This document shows, piece after piece, positions 35,241 to 45,309 of a stretch of DNA of 53,144 nucleotides. How positions within the stretch are numbered: position 1 is the first letter of the stretch; each line of letters begins with the position of its first letter. Made by a program: the position numbers and the translations under genes. A model generated the notes under the pieces. It worked only from the letters and a program-made list of their open reading frames with translations. It had not been told where the DNA came from and did no database searches. Source of the DNA: Actinomycetes bacterium (lineage in GTDB: Bacteria; Actinomycetota; Aquicultoria; CAJVYJ01; JAUVQD01); the NCBI GenBank assembly GCA_030610765.1, contig JAUWRD010000001.1, forward strand, positions 1-53,144, in the 5' to 3' direction.

Positions 35241-36365
35241 ATGCATGACGACATCAGGCTCGGCCGTGTTTTCGGAATTGAGATATTTATCAGCTACAGC
35301 TGGTTCGTTATTTTTGCTTTGGTTACAGTCACTTTGTCTTTCAGCTTGTTTCCCGACCAATTTCCGAAAAACAGCACTGTTGCAAATATTGCTATCGGTC
35401 TTTTCAGCTCTGTGCTCTTCTTTATCTCTTTATTATTGCATGAACTGGCGCACTCACTCGTGGCCAACCTCAACGATATGCCGATCAAAAAGATCACGCT
35501 TTTCATATTCGGAGGCATGTCCCAGATGTCAGAGGAACCGAAGGAGCCGGGGGCGGAGTTTAAGATGGCGATCGCCGGACCCGCTTCGAGCCTTCTGCTC
35601 GCGGCAGTTTTCTTTGCTGTCTACAAGGGCTTAATGGCTCTCGGCTTATCAAGCGTTTACTACGCTGCGTTCGCATGGCTTAGTGAAGTTAATCTCTTTC
35701 TGGCAATCTTCAATTTAGCGCCGGGATTTCCGCTCGACGGGGGTCGAGTTCTCAGGGCCGCAGTCTGGTATGTAACAAAAAACCTTGAGAAAGCAACGGT
35801 AATTGCCTCCAAGGCCGGTCAAGGGGTCGGCCTATTGCTAATAGCATTTGGAGTCCTCTTGTTCTTACTAGGTCAGCTTGGCGGGGTCTGGCTTATCTTA
35901 ATAGGGTGGTTTCTAAATCAATCTGCAGTTGCCAGCTTTCGCCAAATGGCTCTCCAGCAATCGCTTTCAAATGTCCTGGTGGAGCAGATAATGAGCCCGG
36001 ACGTAGAAACGATATCACCAAATCTTTCGTTAGAAGAGTTAGTCAATCACTACTTCTTGAGGTTTAGGTTTGGTCGTTTTCCAATCGTGGAAGGCCGGTC
36101 ATTGCTTGGCATTGTCACCCTGCATGACGTAAAAGAAATACCGCGAGATGAATGGCCCTTAAAAACGGCCGGTCAAATCATAGAGCCCGTTGATGAGAAT
36201 ATGTTTATCAATCCAAACGACGAAGCCGTCGTAGCGCTCAGAAAAATGGCCGAAAATGACATCGGCCACCTGCTTGTTGTAGACAGAGAAAAGGATTTGG
36301 TCGGAATTGTCACCAGAGCCGATATTGTTCAGCTGATCAACGTAAAGAGCGAACTTGAAATTTGA
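35241..36365 (+). CDS. site-2 protease family (M50) membrane metalloprotease with CBS-domain pair
   Basis: HELAHSLVA zinc motif, NLAPGFPLDGGR, and a C-terminal tandem CBS region. Confidence 0.8.
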   Translation: MHDDIRLGRVFGIEIFISYSWFVIFALVTVTLSFSLFPDQFPKNSTVANIAIGLFSSVLFFISLLLHELAHSLVANLNDMPIKKITLFIFGGMSQMSEEPKEPGAEFKMAIAGPASSLLLAAVFFAVYKGLMALGLSSVYYAAFAWLSEVNLFLAIFNLAPGFPLDGGRVLRAAVWYVTKNLEKATVIASKAGQGVGLLLIAFGVLLFLLGQLGGVWLILIGWFLNQSAVASFRQMALQQSLSNVLVEQIMSPDVETISPNLSLEELVNHYFLRFRFGRFPIVEGRSLLGIVTLHDVKEIPRDEWPLKTAGQIIEPVDENMFINPNDEAVVALRKMAENDIGHLLVVDREKDLVGIVTRADIVQLINVKSELEI

Positions 36366-36374
36366 GGAATTTTA

Positions 36375-37004
36375 GTGGGAAAAATTAGTAATATCAGCGG
36401 CATAGTTTTAGCGGGGGGCAAAAGCAGTCGTATCGGACGGGACAAGGGCAGTCTGATGGTTGGGGAGATATCCCTTGCCGAACGCTCACTGAGTAAGATG
36501 AATGATCTATTTGATGAAGTTATTTACGTAACGAACGATCAAGCCCCTCACCCGGCAACTCCTCCGTTTAAAATCGCGAGTGATGAAATTCCACACTTGG
36601 GTCCTCTCGGCGGAATCTTGGCGGGGCTTAAAAACATGAAGAACAAAAGAGCTTTTATTGTTGCTTACGACATGCCCTTTGTCTCGCCGGAACTAGTTAG
36701 ATACTTAATTCAAATCGATGAAGAAGCCGATGTCGTCGTACCAGAAATTGACGGAAAACTAGAGCCGCTTCACGCTGTCTACGGCGACCAGTGTGTTGAC
36801 TTAATATCCGCGCAATTATCAAATCACGACAGCAAGATAATAAACTTCTACGATAAGGCTAACGCGATACATGTTTCGGAAGAGCAGATCAAGAAGATCG
36901 ACCCGGATCTCAGATCTTTCTTTAATATCAATACCTGGGACGACATCAAAGAAGCGATGTCGATTATAGGTAAAGAAAAAACCGGAGGATCAGAAAATGG
37001 CTGA
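36375..37004 (+). CDS. mobA: molybdenum cofactor guanylyltransferase
   Basis: GIVLAGGKSSRIGRDKG and GPLGGI motifs. GTG start. Confidence 0.8.
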   Translation: MGKISNISGIVLAGGKSSRIGRDKGSLMVGEISLAERSLSKMNDLFDEVIYVTNDQAPHPATPPFKIASDEIPHLGPLGGILAGLKNMKNKRAFIVAYDMPFVSPELVRYLIQIDEEADVVVPEIDGKLEPLHAVYGDQCVDLISAQLSNHDSKIINFYDKANAIHVSEEQIKKIDPDLRSFFNINTWDDIKEAMSIIGKEKTGGSENG

Positions 37005-37701
37005 CTTGCCGGTTGAAAAACCGCTAAGAATCTATGTGAACGATAAATATATTGTGACCTTAATGGCTACACCGGAGCGGATAGATGAGCTAGCCTACGG
37101 GTGGCTCTGGTCTAATGATTTAATAAGCGCCGCCCGGGAGGTGCGGAAGATTTTCGTTGATATTGAACGCGCTATTGTCTTCATTGAAATTAGCGGAGAT
37201 CTTCCTGAGGTTATGATACGTACCGTATCTTCCGGCTGTGGAGGAGGAGCCATGATCAGCGATTATCTAACCAGTGTGCCCACGGTCAAAAGTGATTTGA
37301 GGACATCATTGAATTCGCTCGTGAGCCTGCAGACTCAATTTATGCAAAAAGCGGTTATATATAAACAAACGGGTGGAGTTCATGGCGCCGCCTTGTCCAG
37401 TTCAGAAGAAATCTTGTTTACGGCTGAAGATATTGGTCGCCACAACACGGTTGATAAAGTCATTGGCTGGTCGCTAATTAATGACTTGAACTTAAAAAAT
37501 GCTATGATTTTTACGACCGGGCGAATCTCCTCGGAAATGCTTTTTAAAGTGGCAAAGGCTAATTTGCCAATAGTTATCTCGCGAACCGCCGCCACAGATT
37601 TAGCTGTGACATTGGCCGAAAAAGCAGGGGTAACGATTGTCGGGTACCTCAGAAAAAACAGGGCCGAAATATACTCTCACCCCGAAAATATAGAAATCTA
37701 G
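36997..37701 (+). CDS. fdhD: formate dehydrogenase accessory sulfurtransferase FdhD
   Basis: SSGCGGG and TGGVHGAAL motifs. Overlaps mobA by 8 nt. Confidence 0.8.
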   Translation: MADLPVEKPLRIYVNDKYIVTLMATPERIDELAYGWLWSNDLISAAREVRKIFVDIERAIVFIEISGDLPEVMIRTVSSGCGGGAMISDYLTSVPTVKSDLRTSLNSLVSLQTQFMQKAVIYKQTGGVHGAALSSSEEILFTAEDIGRHNTVDKVIGWSLINDLNLKNAMIFTTGRISSEMLFKVAKANLPIVISRTAATDLAVTLAEKAGVTIVGYLRKNRAEIYSHPENIEI

Positions 37702-37788
37702 AAGACACTATCGTACGCTTGCAAGCTTAGAGCTTGCTCACCAAAAGAGTTATGCTATGATTAGCGAGGCTCAAGCAATAAATAAACG

Positions 37789-38214
37789 TTGATTAGACAC
37801 AGCAAAATTAATAAAACTGGCCACATATCAAGTCGTACGGGTAAGTCGTCACGAAAACGGGTGATGACGGTAGTTTTGACTTCCGTGGCCTTACTAGCTG
37901 TAGCATGGGCCGCCTCGCCAGTTCAAAATCGCTTTGCGCAAAGAATTGAAATTGACTCACTAACAAAAGGTATCGCTCTGAGGTCTGGAGATAATCAACA
38001 GCTCAGAGATGAAATCAAGAAACTGCGTAATGACCCGCATTATATTGAATTATTAGCCAGGAAAGATTTAGGGCTGATAAAAGAGGGTGAAAAGGCTTAT
38101 GTCGTGATCGAGCCCGATGAGAAGAATTCAAAGAAAGTAAAAGCGCCGCCCGCGCCGCCTAAAAACCTTTGGCAGCAACTTGAAGTTGCCGTGTCTAAAA
38201 AACTTAGATTCTAA
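37789..38214 (+). CDS. septum formation initiator FtsB/DivIC family protein
   Basis: Single TM, then a coiled coil, then DPHYIELLARKDLGLIKEGEKAYVV. Start uncertain (TTG 37789, or GTG/ATG at 37861/37864). Candidate promoter TTGCTC(37734)-16-TATGAT(37756). Confidence 0.6.
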   Translation: MIRHSKINKTGHISSRTGKSSRKRVMTVVLTSVALLAVAWAASPVQNRFAQRIEIDSLTKGIALRSGDNQQLRDEIKKLRNDPHYIELLARKDLGLIKEGEKAYVVIEPDEKNSKKVKAPPAPPKNLWQQLEVAVSKKLRF

Positions 38215-38215
38215 C

Positions 38216-39385
38216 CTATCTTGATATTGGCGGATCCGCCGGTCTTTCTTCCAGGGAGATTTTAATACTTTTTTGTTTATTGTTTCGTAAAACCTGAATG
38301 TTTATTTCTTCGCCAACGCGTTGCTTGCCAATCGCTTCCTGCAAGTCATCCATTGTGGAAACCTTTATTTTGTTGATTTTAGTAATAATATCTCCGCCAA
38401 CCTCATAGGGAGTGCCTCGAAATCGCCAGATCTTTTCAGCCCCCTTCAAGCCGGCCTTTTGCGCCGGACTTGGTGTTAAGACCGAAACAACCATGACGCC
38501 TGTATCGGTCTTAAGCTCCAAGGCTTCTGACATCTCGGGAAAGATCGTCGTACCAAATATCCCCAGCCAGGGATGAGAGGCCTTTCCTGTTTCTTTTATC
38601 TCTTTAAAAACCTTCTTCACAGTCGAACTTGGAATTGCAAACGCTATACCTATGTTTCCAGCACCTTCAGTGGCAATTTGCGCCGTGACCCCAATTACCC
38701 GGCCTTCGGCCGATATCAGCGGGCCCCCGCTGTTACCGCGGTTTATGGCCGTATCTGTCTGAATGACTTCTTTGATCGGCAATCCGTTTGGCGCTCTTAT
38801 TTCGCGCTTTAGAGCGCTAACAATGCCGCTGCTCATGCTTCGATCAAGACCGAGAGGGTTGCCGATAGCTAAAACAGACTGCCCGACCTTCACATCTTTT
38901 GAATTACCCAAACTTAAGACTGTGGACTTATGACCTCTAAAGTTCGCCTTAAGAACTGCCAAATCAGTGCTTTGATCCACGCCCACAAGTTCAGCCGGAA
39001 TGACAGTGTCATCAGCCAGCTGAATTTCGATCTTCTGCGCGCCTCCAACTACATGGGCGTTTGTGATAACGTGACCTTCATCAGAAATAATAAAACCAGA
39101 TCCGCTGGAGACTTTATTGTCGGGGATCGGAAGACCAAAATAGTCATCATAGTTTGATGTCACAGTGGCTCTAATATGGACTACCCCGTCACTATATTTC
39201 TCATATATTTCTTGAGGGGTTAAAGTCTCTCCACCTAGCTTGGCTAAGAATCCGGTCGCGGGCTTCGAGGACACCTCTCTAACATATTTTATTTCCTGTG
39301 GCACCTCTAGATATGTAGTCGCTCCAAACACCACAAGGCCACCAATTAAGGCCGCAAATATTGTTCTTAATAATGCTCTCATCAT
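38216..39385 (-). CDS. htrA: HtrA/DegP-family serine protease with PDZ domain
   Basis: TNAHVV, DLAVL and GNSGGPL triad contexts plus a C-terminal PDZ. The stop lies 1 nt from the ftsB-like stop. Confidence 0.9.
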   Translation of the reverse strand: MMRALLRTIFAALIGGLVVFGATTYLEVPQEIKYVREVSSKPATGFLAKLGGETLTPQEIYEKYSDGVVHIRATVTSNYDDYFGLPIPDNKVSSGSGFIISDEGHVITNAHVVGGAQKIEIQLADDTVIPAELVGVDQSTDLAVLKANFRGHKSTVLSLGNSKDVKVGQSVLAIGNPLGLDRSMSSGIVSALKREIRAPNGLPIKEVIQTDTAINRGNSGGPLISAEGRVIGVTAQIATEGAGNIGIAFAIPSSTVKKVFKEIKETGKASHPWLGIFGTTIFPEMSEALELKTDTGVMVVSVLTPSPAQKAGLKGAEKIWRFRGTPYEVGGDIITKINKIKVSTMDDLQEAIGKQRVGEEINIQVLRNNKQKSIKISLEERPADPPISR

Positions 39386-39552
39386 TTTCCTCCCGACTAT
39401 GGTATTTTACATCTTAATTGACCATTTTATCTGCGGCAAGGCCCTGAGTGGGCTAATAGGAAAAAAGCATAAGAAATTCATAATTCGCTAATAATATTCA
39501 TAAGTAAGCGTTATACTAAATAGCGATCAACTGTTGATTGTAAAGCGATTCG

Positions 39553-41394
39553 GTGCCCGCGTTATACGAGCCCCTAAAAAGCGTGTTCGCCCCGAATTTA
39601 GGAGAGTATTTGTCCACGATCGTTGAAGAAGACATACAACATGTACGTCAACAAACCAATATTGTCGACATCATTGGCGAGCACGTCACACTTAAGAAAA
39701 GTGGCCGCACTTTCCGGGGCCTGTGCCCATTTCACAATGAAAAATCTCCCTCCTTCCATATAGACCACGCCAAACAGCTCTATCATTGCTTTGGTTGCGG
39801 GGTCGGTGGCGACGTCATTACGTTTCTCATGAAGCACGAAGGACTGGATTTCAGGGAGGCAATTGAGTACTTGGCGCGTAAAATTGGATATACGCTAAAT
39901 TTGGAAAAAACTGGTAACTCCGGAATGAGGTCTGGTTTACTTAAGGCCTGCGAGGAGGCCACGTGTTTTTACCAGCGCCAACTTGCCGGTAAAGCGGGGA
40001 CCGCGGCTCGAAAATATCTAGCGGAGCGAAAACTTGAAGATCTTTCAGAAAAGTTCAGACTTGGCTTCTCGCCAGATTGGGATTCCTTAATTAAGTTCCT
40101 AAAAACTAAAAAATTGGACGGTCAAATGATAGGCGCGGGTTTAGCTGTGCGATCAGAGCGCGGACGGGTTTACGATCGCTTTAGGGGACGACTGATATTC
40201 CCGATCACAGACAATCAGGGACGGCCAATAGCTTTCGGGGGCCGCGTGCTCGATGATTCCATGCCAAAGTATTTAAATTCACCGGAAACGCCACTTTTTC
40301 ACAAAGGCTCCGTCCTTTACGGTTTACATCAAGCAAAAAACGATCTTATTCGAACTGATACCGCTATTATTGTTGAAGGATACACAGACCTTTTAGCCCT
40401 GGCCAAACACGGTATCACCAATACAGTCGCGACGCTCGGAACAGCATTTACGGCTGATCACCTAAAATTCTTAAGCCGTTTCGTGAAAAAAATCGTGCTT
40501 GTTTTCGATGGCGATGAAGCGGGGCTTAAAGCTGCAGAAAGAAGCTCCGGCTACTTAGATTTGGCGAGACTACCCGGTCACGAGGTCTTTAATGAGTTGG
40601 TTGATAAAGTTGAAACAGAAATTTTGGTGGCGGTCTTGCCTATTTCTTATGACCCTGCCAGCCTGATTATGAAAGAGGGTAGGGAGAGTTTTCAGGCCAG
40701 AGTTTCCGGTGCCAGTCCGCTCATTAACTTCCTAATAGATCGGATTATCCAGAGACACGGCGCTAAGAAATCGGGACGCGTGATATCGGCCAAAGAAGCA
40801 ACCAGACTGATTAGTTCTTTGCCTAGTGCTGTGGCGCAAGAAGAATATATGCGCTATCTTGCAGATAAGCTGGATTTAACTTACGAGACAATCACTCAAG
40901 AAATATTTCAGTCTAAACGGAAACTTAAGGACGCGGGCGACGAGAAAAAAAGCGATAGAAGTAGCGCCGAGCGTGAGTTTCTTAAGTTGATATTGCAATA
41001 TCCGGAAAAAGCGGATGCAATTGAAAAGGTCTGTATTGAAGAGTGGGCAGAATCAGACCTTAAAGAACTGGGTATTTTTATAAAGTCGATGACCGGGAGT
41101 GAGCGAAAAACAATAACGGATAGCTTACATGGCATTGATTCAAGCCTTCAAGGTCTTTTGTCGAAGTTGATGATCGAATCCTTGCCGGTGAATGATATAG
41201 AAAAATATTTTAGAGATATTGTTCTAAAATTAAAGGAATTGAGCCTTGATCATCAAATTAAGTTATTAAGGAAAGAATTAAAGGAAATCAAGAACGAAGA
41301 CAAGCAAAGCGATCAAATATTTGAAAAACTTCTTAAGCTCGAACATAAAAGACGCGAACTTAAGGAATACGCTAAAGACGGAGGAGATTCGTGA
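39553..41394 (+). CDS. dnaG: DNA primase
   Basis: Zinc finger [20 protein letters not shown] and Toprim EGYTDLLAL / FDGDEAG. An in-frame TTG at 39610 preceded by GGAGAG is an alternative start. Confidence 0.92.
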   Translation: MPALYEPLKSVFAPNLGEYLSTIVEEDIQHVRQQTNIVDIIGEHVTLKKSGRTFRGLCPFHNEKSPSFHIDHAKQLYHCFGCGVGGDVITFLMKHEGLDFREAIEYLARKIGYTLNLEKTGNSGMRSGLLKACEEATCFYQRQLAGKAGTAARKYLAERKLEDLSEKFRLGFSPDWDSLIKFLKTKKLDGQMIGAGLAVRSERGRVYDRFRGRLIFPITDNQGRPIAFGGRVLDDSMPKYLNSPETPLFHKGSVLYGLHQAKNDLIRTDTAIIVEGYTDLLALAKHGITNTVATLGTAFTADHLKFLSRFVKKIVLVFDGDEAGLKAAERSSGYLDLARLPGHEVFNELVDKVETEILVAVLPISYDPASLIMKEGRESFQARVSGASPLINFLIDRIIQRHGAKKSGRVISAKEATRLISSLPSAVAQEEYMRYLADKLDLTYETITQEIFQSKRKLKDAGDEKKSDRSSAEREFLKLILQYPEKADAIEKVCIEEWAESDLKELGIFIKSMTGSERKTITDSLHGIDSSLQGLLSKLMIESLPVNDIEKYFRDIVLKLKELSLDHQIKLLRKELKEIKNEDKQSDQIFEKLLKLEHKRRELKEYAKDGGDS

Positions 41395-42569
41395 TTCAAA
41401 AAGTAAAAGAACTGCTTCTACCTGAAGTAAAAAAATTGATAGCGGCGGGCAAGAAGAAAGGCACTCTAAGCTCTGATGAGATTGCGGACAGCCTGCAAAA
41501 GGTCGATCTAACCGCTAAACAGATCGACAATATCTATTCCAAACTTGTTAAGGTTGGCGTTACCGTCGTTGACGACAGAAAAAAGGCGCCTAAAACCAAA
41601 GCTGCTGCCGCGAAGGCAAAAAAGGCCGCCGTCAAAAAAATTGACTTATCAATTAAAACTCTAACTAATGACCCGGTCAGGATGTATTTAAAGGAAATCG
41701 GTAAGGTATCCCTTCTGACCGCTAAAGATGAAGTTTCGCTGGCAAAAAGAATTGAAGCTGGCGAGCTGGCAATTCGAGAACTAGAGGAAAAACCGGACGC
41801 CAAGAAGGACGAAAAAAGAAAATTAGCGCGCACTGAACGAGACGGGATGGCGGCCAAAATGAAGCTTGTGGAAGCCAATCTTCGTTTGGTGGTAAGCATT
41901 GCGAAAAGGTACGTCGGGCGCGGTATGCTTTTCTTAGACTTAATACAAGAGGGAAATCTCGGGCTTATCCGGGCGGTAGAGAAGTTTGACTACCGAAAGG
42001 GTTATAAATTTAGCACGTACGCGACCTGGTGGATCAGACAGGCTATCACCAGAGCAATTGCTGACCAGGCAAGAACGATCCGGATTCCTGTACACATGGT
42101 TGAAACGATAAATAAATTAATACGAATACAGAGGCAGCTTCTTCAAAACTTCGGCCGGGAACCAACGCCGGAGGAAGTCGGAGACGAGATGGAAATAACG
42201 CCGGAAAAAGTAAGAGAGATCTTAAAGATCTCTCAAGAACCGGTATCTCTTGAGACTCCGATCGGGGAGGAAGAAGATTCACAGTTGGGCGATTTCATTG
42301 AAGACCAGGAAGCCATTGTCCCTGCTGATGCTGCTTCCTTTTCTCTCCTTCAGCAACAATTACGTACAATACTTGAAACTCTAAGCGATCGAGAGCGCAA
42401 AGTCATTGAATTGCGTTTTGGCCTGAAAGATGGTCATCCACGCACTCTTGAAGAGGTTGGTAAAGTGTTTGGTGTAACCAGGGAGAGAATTCGCCAGATT
42501 GAGTCGAAAACGCTCTCAAAATTGCGTCATCCCAGCCGTAGCGCGAAGCTTAAAGATTATCTTGAATAA
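41391..42569 (+). CDS. rpoD: primary RNA polymerase sigma factor (sigma-70/RpoD)
   Basis: Regions 2-4 are recognisable ([35 protein letters not shown], ..[16 protein letters not shown]). The GTG start overlaps the dnaG TGA (GTGA). Confidence 0.95.
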   Translation: MIQKVKELLLPEVKKLIAAGKKKGTLSSDEIADSLQKVDLTAKQIDNIYSKLVKVGVTVVDDRKKAPKTKAAAAKAKKAAVKKIDLSIKTLTNDPVRMYLKEIGKVSLLTAKDEVSLAKRIEAGELAIRELEEKPDAKKDEKRKLARTERDGMAAKMKLVEANLRLVVSIAKRYVGRGMLFLDLIQEGNLGLIRAVEKFDYRKGYKFSTYATWWIRQAITRAIADQARTIRIPVHMVETINKLIRIQRQLLQNFGREPTPEEVGDEMEITPEKVREILKISQEPVSLETPIGEEEDSQLGDFIEDQEAIVPADAASFSLLQQQLRTILETLSDRERKVIELRFGLKDGHPRTLEEVGKVFGVTRERIRQIESKTLSKLRHPSRSAKLKDYLE

Positions 42570-42599
42570 TATTTTTTTAATTAATTATTGATTGCTCTA

Positions 42600-42628
42600 T
42601 TGTCAAGCCAAAGCCTTACTAGTATAAT
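42600..42628 (+). promoter_or_regulatory. near-consensus sigma70 promoter of the mihF-gmk-rpoZ operon
   Basis: TTGTCA(42600-42605)-17 nt-TATAAT(42623-42628), 50 nt upstream of ATG 42678, which has a GAGGAGG SD. Confidence 0.6.
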
Positions 42629-42677
42629 TTCAAACGTCCTGGTAATCCCTGTATAAAACAGAAAGAGGAGGAAATCT

Positions 42678-42986
42678 ATGGCACTTCCAAAACTCTCTGA
42701 CGCTGAAAGAAGAGCAGCGTTAAAGAAAGCAGCCGCGGCAAGGCAGGCGCGAGCGGAACTCAAAAAGAAGCTGAAAAGCGGTTCCGTAAAGCTAAAAGAA
42801 ATGCTCAGTACGACCGACGACCCTATCGTCGGACGCATGAAGGTCGGTAATATGCTTGAATCTCTACCTGGTGTCGGAAAAGCGCGCGCTACGAAGAAAA
42901 TGAAAGAACTTGAGATTAGCCCGACCAGGCGTGTTCAGGGATTAGGCGCGAATCAACGAGCCAACTTGCTCAAGGAGTTCAAGTAA
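42678..42986 (+). CDS. mihF: integration host factor, actinobacterial type (mIHF)
   Basis: MALPKLSDAERRAALKKAAAARQ...GVGK..A....E..IS..RRV.GLG. Canonical position directly upstream of gmk-rpoZ. Confidence 0.8.
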   Translation: MALPKLSDAERRAALKKAAAARQARAELKKKLKSGSVKLKEMLSTTDDPIVGRMKVGNMLESLPGVGKARATKKMKELEISPTRRVQGLGANQRANLLKEFK

Positions 42987-42990
42987 GATA

Positions 42991-43548
42991 CTGACGAAGA
43001 AAAAACTTGCAGTAATATCGGGGCCTTCTGGTGCCGGAAAAGGGACTCTTGTGGCAGAAATGCTTAAAAGAGTCCCTAACATTTTGCTAAGTATTTCCGC
43101 CACAACAAGAGAACCGCGAAGTGGTGAGGAAGATGGCGTTGATTATATCTTTAGATCAGAGGAAGCATTTAAAGAAGATATTCTTGAAGAAAGATTCCTT
43201 GAATGGGCAAATATATATGGAGACTTCTATGGAACGCCAAAGGAGCCCATCGAGAAAGGGCTAGCTGAGAATAAGTTAGTCATTCTAGAGATTGACATTC
43301 AAGGGGCGATTCAGATACAGAACAACCTCGGGGATAATGGCGTTTATATCTTTATTGCGCCCCCGTCGATTAATGAACTAAGAAGGCGCCTTGTAGAGAG
43401 AAAAACTGAAACAAAAGAGAGCCTTGAAACTAGATTAAAAATAGCTGAAGACGAGCTGACAAAGACAAAGATGTATGACTATGTCATTATAAACGACGAC
43501 CTGATGACTGCGACAAATACGCTCTGCGAGATAGTATCGGAAATTTAG
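42991..43548 (+). CDS. gmk: guanylate kinase (start codon non-canonical or unresolved)
   Basis: The P-loop SGPSGAGKGT is encoded at 43018-43047, upstream of the first canonical start (GTG 43051). The frame is open from 42946 and contains only ATC, ATA (42988) and CTG (42991) as possible starts. The rest of the protein is typical (TTREPR.GE..G.DY.F). Confidence 0.85.
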   Translation: MTKKKLAVISGPSGAGKGTLVAEMLKRVPNILLSISATTREPRSGEEDGVDYIFRSEEAFKEDILEERFLEWANIYGDFYGTPKEPIEKGLAENKLVILEIDIQGAIQIQNNLGDNGVYIFIAPPSINELRRRLVERKTETKESLETRLKIAEDELTKTKMYDYVIINDDLMTATNTLCEIVSEI

Positions 43549-43567
43549 AGACGATTAGGAGGCGACT

Positions 43568-43807
43568 ATGTATCCAAATATTGACAAAATGCTCAAAAAA
43601 GTAGATAGCAGATTTACTTTATCAGTTCTATCAGCCAAACGAGCTCGGCAGATTAACGACTATATGAATAACGTCAGAAGAGAGGGCGCGCTTGAAATTA
43701 GAGGTCCGCAATTTGACATGCTCAACGAGAAACCTTTGTCGATCGCGTTTGACGAAATAGGCAACGATAAAGTTACCTATGAGCGGATCAAGGACGGTAT
43801 TAAGTAG
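43568..43807 (+). CDS. rpoZ: DNA-directed RNA polymerase omega subunit
   Basis: 79 aa, ..SRFTLSVLSAKRARQIN... Position after gmk. Confidence 0.85.
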   Translation: MYPNIDKMLKKVDSRFTLSVLSAKRARQINDYMNNVRREGALEIRGPQFDMLNEKPLSIAFDEIGNDKVTYERIKDGIK

Positions 43808-43816
43808 GAGCCCGAA

Positions 43817-44989
43817 GTGCTGACAGGAAAACGAATAACGCTTGCGATCACAGGAAGCGTCGCGGCTTATAAAACTATTGATCTATGTCGGTCGCTGATC
43901 AAAAAGGGCGCCGAGCTAAATATAGTCATGTCAAAGTCGGCTCAACAATTTATTGGACCGATCACGTTTTCAGCGCTTTGTGGCACCCAGCCAATCACCG
44001 ATCTTTACGCGGGCGGTTTTCCGCATATACAAGCAGGACAAGACATTGATTTATTAGTGGTTGCGCCTGCGACAGCAAATACGATTGCCAAACTAGCCGG
44101 GGGCATTGCGGACGATATAGTCTCGACGACTGTAATGGCCTCTGATTGCCCCGTTATCATCTGCCCGGCCATGAATGAAAAGATGTGGCTGTCTAAAGCT
44201 ACAGTGCGTAACACTTTGACCTTATCTTCCTGGGGATATGAAATAATTGGTCCAAAAACAGGTTCTTTGGCTTGCGGCCAAACGGGCGTAGGACGTCTCG
44301 AAAATACCGAAGTCATTGAGTCAGCGATAACTAATAGACTCTTGAACATCGGGGAGATCAAGGACAAAAGAATAATGGTGACCGCCGGACCAACGAGAGA
44401 GTATTTAGATCCGGTCAGATTCTTATCTAATCCTTCAAGCGGCAAAGTCGGCTACGCCATCGCCGAGGAAGCGGTGAGGCGTGGGGGGGAAACGATTTTA
44501 ATAAGTGGACCAACACATTTGGCGCGAAACCGATTTCTTAAATTTATCCCTGTCGTGAGCGCGAAAGATCTTTCCGCTGAGATTGATGGCGAGTTCGATG
44601 ATGTCGACGCTTTGATAATGACCGCGGCCGTCTCCGATCACAGATTCCGTGAGGTCAGCGATGAAAAACAAACCAAAGATCGTATAGACGAGAACATTCA
44701 GCTGATTAAGAACCCTGATATTCTAAAAAGTCTATCTGCTACCAGAAAGAATCAGATTTTGATAGGTTTTGCGGCGGAAACTGATGATATAGTTTCTCGA
44801 GCGCAGGTTAAGCTGAAAGAAAAGAACCTCGATTTTATCGTTTCGACAAAAGTTGGTTTCAATGAGGGCTTCGACAAAGACAGTATTGAAGCCGTAATTG
44901 TTGACAAAAACAGCCATAAAGACCTGGGTATGATCCCAAAAAGGGAACTAGCGGTTGAAGTGATTAACAAACTAGCTGTTTTACTTTAA
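43817..44989 (+). CDS. coaBC: bifunctional phosphopantothenoylcysteine decarboxylase / phosphopantothenate-cysteine ligase
   Basis: N-terminal flavoprotein domain (ITGSVAAYK, PAMN..M) and C-terminal CoaB domain (VTAGPT.E.LDPVRF.SN.SSGK). GTG start. Confidence 0.92.
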   Translation: MLTGKRITLAITGSVAAYKTIDLCRSLIKKGAELNIVMSKSAQQFIGPITFSALCGTQPITDLYAGGFPHIQAGQDIDLLVVAPATANTIAKLAGGIADDIVSTTVMASDCPVIICPAMNEKMWLSKATVRNTLTLSSWGYEIIGPKTGSLACGQTGVGRLENTEVIESAITNRLLNIGEIKDKRIMVTAGPTREYLDPVRFLSNPSSGKVGYAIAEEAVRRGGETILISGPTHLARNRFLKFIPVVSAKDLSAEIDGEFDDVDALIMTAAVSDHRFREVSDEKQTKDRIDENIQLIKNPDILKSLSATRKNQILIGFAAETDDIVSRAQVKLKEKNLDFIVSTKVGFNEGFDKDSIEAVIVDKNSHKDLGMIPKRELAVEVINKLAVLL

Positions 44990-45142
44990 GATAGCTTCCT
45001 CTGGTCGTGCTTTTCAACTAAAAGCCTCAGATAGTTTTTAAGTGTATTGGGTACACTTTCCACGTTCGGCTAACCGCTGGGCAGTTTTGATTGTTTACAG
45101 AGGAAGCCGTATTTGATAATCTGATCCTAGAGTTTACAATTG

Positions 45143-45251
45143 CTCTTATCCAGAGAGGTGGAGGGACTGGCCCTTTGAAGCCTCGGCAACCTGGAAGTAA
45201 AATATCTTCTAAGGTGCCCCTTCCTGCGTGAAGAGCACCGGCAGATGAGAG
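45143..45251 (+). promoter_or_regulatory. SAM-I (S-box) riboswitch aptamer
   Basis: CTCTTATCCAGAGAGGTGGAGGGACTGGCCCTTTGAAGCCTCGGCAACC...AAGGTGCC...GCAGATGAGAG matches the S-box core. The P1 strands CUCUUAUC and GAUGAGAG pair, with one G-U. Lies upstream of metK. Confidence 0.85.
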
Positions 45252-45270
45252 CAGATAGTTCTTAATATTT

Positions 45271-45309
45271 GCTTTCTTCTGTAGATCAGAGGAAAGCTTT
45301 GCGCTTTTT
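45271..45309 (+). terminator. riboswitch expression-platform terminator
   Basis: GCTTTCTTCTG (45271-45281), loop TAGAT, CAGAGGAAAGC (45287-45297), then TTTGCGCTTTTT. The P1 3' strand GAUGAGAG can alternatively pair with CUUUCUUC of the terminator 5' arm (anti-terminator). Confidence 0.6.

Noticed and set aside
35164-35634. Listed 156-aa plus-strand ORF overlapping the start of the site-2 protease gene
   Set aside because: It is out of frame with the well-supported HExxH/CBS protein and has an Arg/Ser/Cys-rich composition with no motif. The promoter-like TATAAT lies inside it.
45113-45140. Alternative metK promoter TTGATA-16-TACAAT
   Set aside because: The predicted start would fall inside the 5' strand of riboswitch helix P1 (45143-45150) and truncate the aptamer. 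The upstream TTTACA-17-TAATCT candidate is preferred.
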